From the human T2T-CHM13v2.0 reference genome, Homo sapiens, in assembly GCF_009914755.1 (NCBI RefSeq), contig NC_060925.1: a DNA stretch of 64,000 nucleotides. One strand, given 5' to 3'. How positions within the stretch are numbered: the first letter of the stretch is position 1; each line of letters begins with the position of its first letter. A program made the position numbers and the translations under genes. Positions 62,755 through 64,000 of this stretch are shown here, one piece after another. The notes beneath the pieces are model-generated. The model made no database searches, had not been told where the DNA came from, and worked only from the letters and a program-made list of their open reading frames with translations.

Positions 62755-63526
62755 TAAGTGAAAACATACATAAATCTTTAACACCTCTCTTTGCCCCTTT
62801 ACTGCAATCCTTTTACTGTTTCATCACATTATTAAGCAGCACACTAACCATACTCTTTGCAGTAGGACTATATACTGTGGCTCCTGCCAGGATAAAAATA
62901 AAGCAGACCCTATCAGTGCCCCTCAAAGCTCAAGTCCATCAGTGCAGGGCAATACAATACCCCTACTTATAGGGTTAGGAATAACCACTGCTACAGGAAC
63001 TGGAATAGCCAGTTTATGTACCTCATTATCCTACTACCACATACTCTCATAGGATTTCTCAGTTTGCAAGAGATAACAAGATCTATCCTTACTCTGCAAT
63101 CCCAAATAGACTCTTTGGCAGCAGTGACTCTCCAAAACCGCTGAGGCCTAGACCTCCTCACTTTCAAACTCTTAAACCAACCTCTGGAGTTGGGCAACAT
63201 GGCTTCTCCCCTTTCTAGGTCCTGTGACAGCCATCTTGCTATTACTCGCCTTCGGATCCTGTATTTTTAGCCTCCTTGTCAAATTTGTTTCCTCCAGAAT
63301 CAAGGCCATCAAGCTACAGATGGTCTTATAAATGGAACCCCAAATGAGCTCAACTCACAACTTCTACCAAGGACCCCTGGACTGACCCACTGACCCTTTG
63401 ACTGGCCTAGAGAGTTCCCCTCTGGAGGATGCTACAACTGCAAGGCCCCCTCTTTGCCCCTATCCAGCAGGAAGTAGCTAGAGCAGTCATCACCCAATTC
63501 CCAACAGCAGTTGGGGTGTCCTGTTT
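62755..63526 (+). pseudogene. env: HERV9 env remnant: SU largely deleted, partial TM
   Basis: Fusion-peptide-like cccctacttatagggttaggaataaccactgctacaggaactgg. ISD LQNR*GLDLLT at ~63130-63162, then a jump to the membrane-proximal region (tggcttctcccctttctagg). PPT agagagggga at 63527-63536. Confidence 0.85.
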
Positions 63527-63537
63527 AGAGAGGGGAT

Positions 63538-64000
63538 TGAGAGGTGAAGCCAGCTGGATTTCCTGGGTCAAGTGGGGACTTCAGGAACTTTTCTGTCTTA
63601 CAAGAGGATTGTAAAATGCATCAATCAGCACTCTGTAGCTAGCATTGTAAAACTCACCAATCAGCACTCTGTAGCTAGCAAGGGGATTGTAAAATGCACC
63701 AATCAGCACTCTGTAAAATGCACCAATCAGTGCTCTGTAAAATGCACCAATCAGCACTCTGTAAAATGCACCAATCAGCTGGATCCTAAAAGTAGCCAAT
63801 CGCAGGGAGGACTGAAAAAAGGGCACTCTGATAGGACAAAAATAGAACATGCGAGGGGACAAATAAGGGAATAAAAGCTGGCCACCCCCAGCCAGCAGCA
63901 GCAACACACTCAGGTCCCCTTCCACACTGTGGAAGCTTTGTTCTTTCGCTCTTCACAATAAACTTTACTACCACTCACTCTTTGGGTCCGTGCCATCTTT
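63538..64000 (+). mobile_element. HERV9 3' LTR (LTR12), truncated by the window edge
   Basis: Direct repeat of 55978 onward, following the PPT. Confidence 0.93.

Overview
Simian primate (catarrhine or hominoid, probably human) genomic DNA dominated by interspersed repeats. I found no intact host protein-coding exon. Main contents, left to right: a 3'-truncated U2 snRNA retrocopy; an older L1PA7/8-like element (6.9-17.0 kb) with a spliced-looking 5'UTR, a large ORF1-to-ORF2 deletion and a probable 3' transduction, into whose 3'UTR a full-length L1PA3/4-like element has inserted; a near-complete decayed ERV-L provirus with MLT2 LTRs (21.3-28.5 kb); and solo MaLR and ERV LTRs, Alus, MIR, L2 and DNA-transposon fossils. 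Further right are a composite retro-insertion at 39.7-42.9 kb (L1 ORF2 piece, RPL26 retrocopy, unidentified mRNA-like 3' end later split by a MER11 LTR, the same L1 resumed, a second mRNA-like 3' end, poly(A)); a CEP57 processed pseudogene; and a HERV9/LTR12 provirus with a tRNA-Pro-like primer binding site (PBS) that runs off the right edge. The multi-template chimera is the most unusual structure. Repeat subfamily names come from recalled consensus sequences, not from a search.
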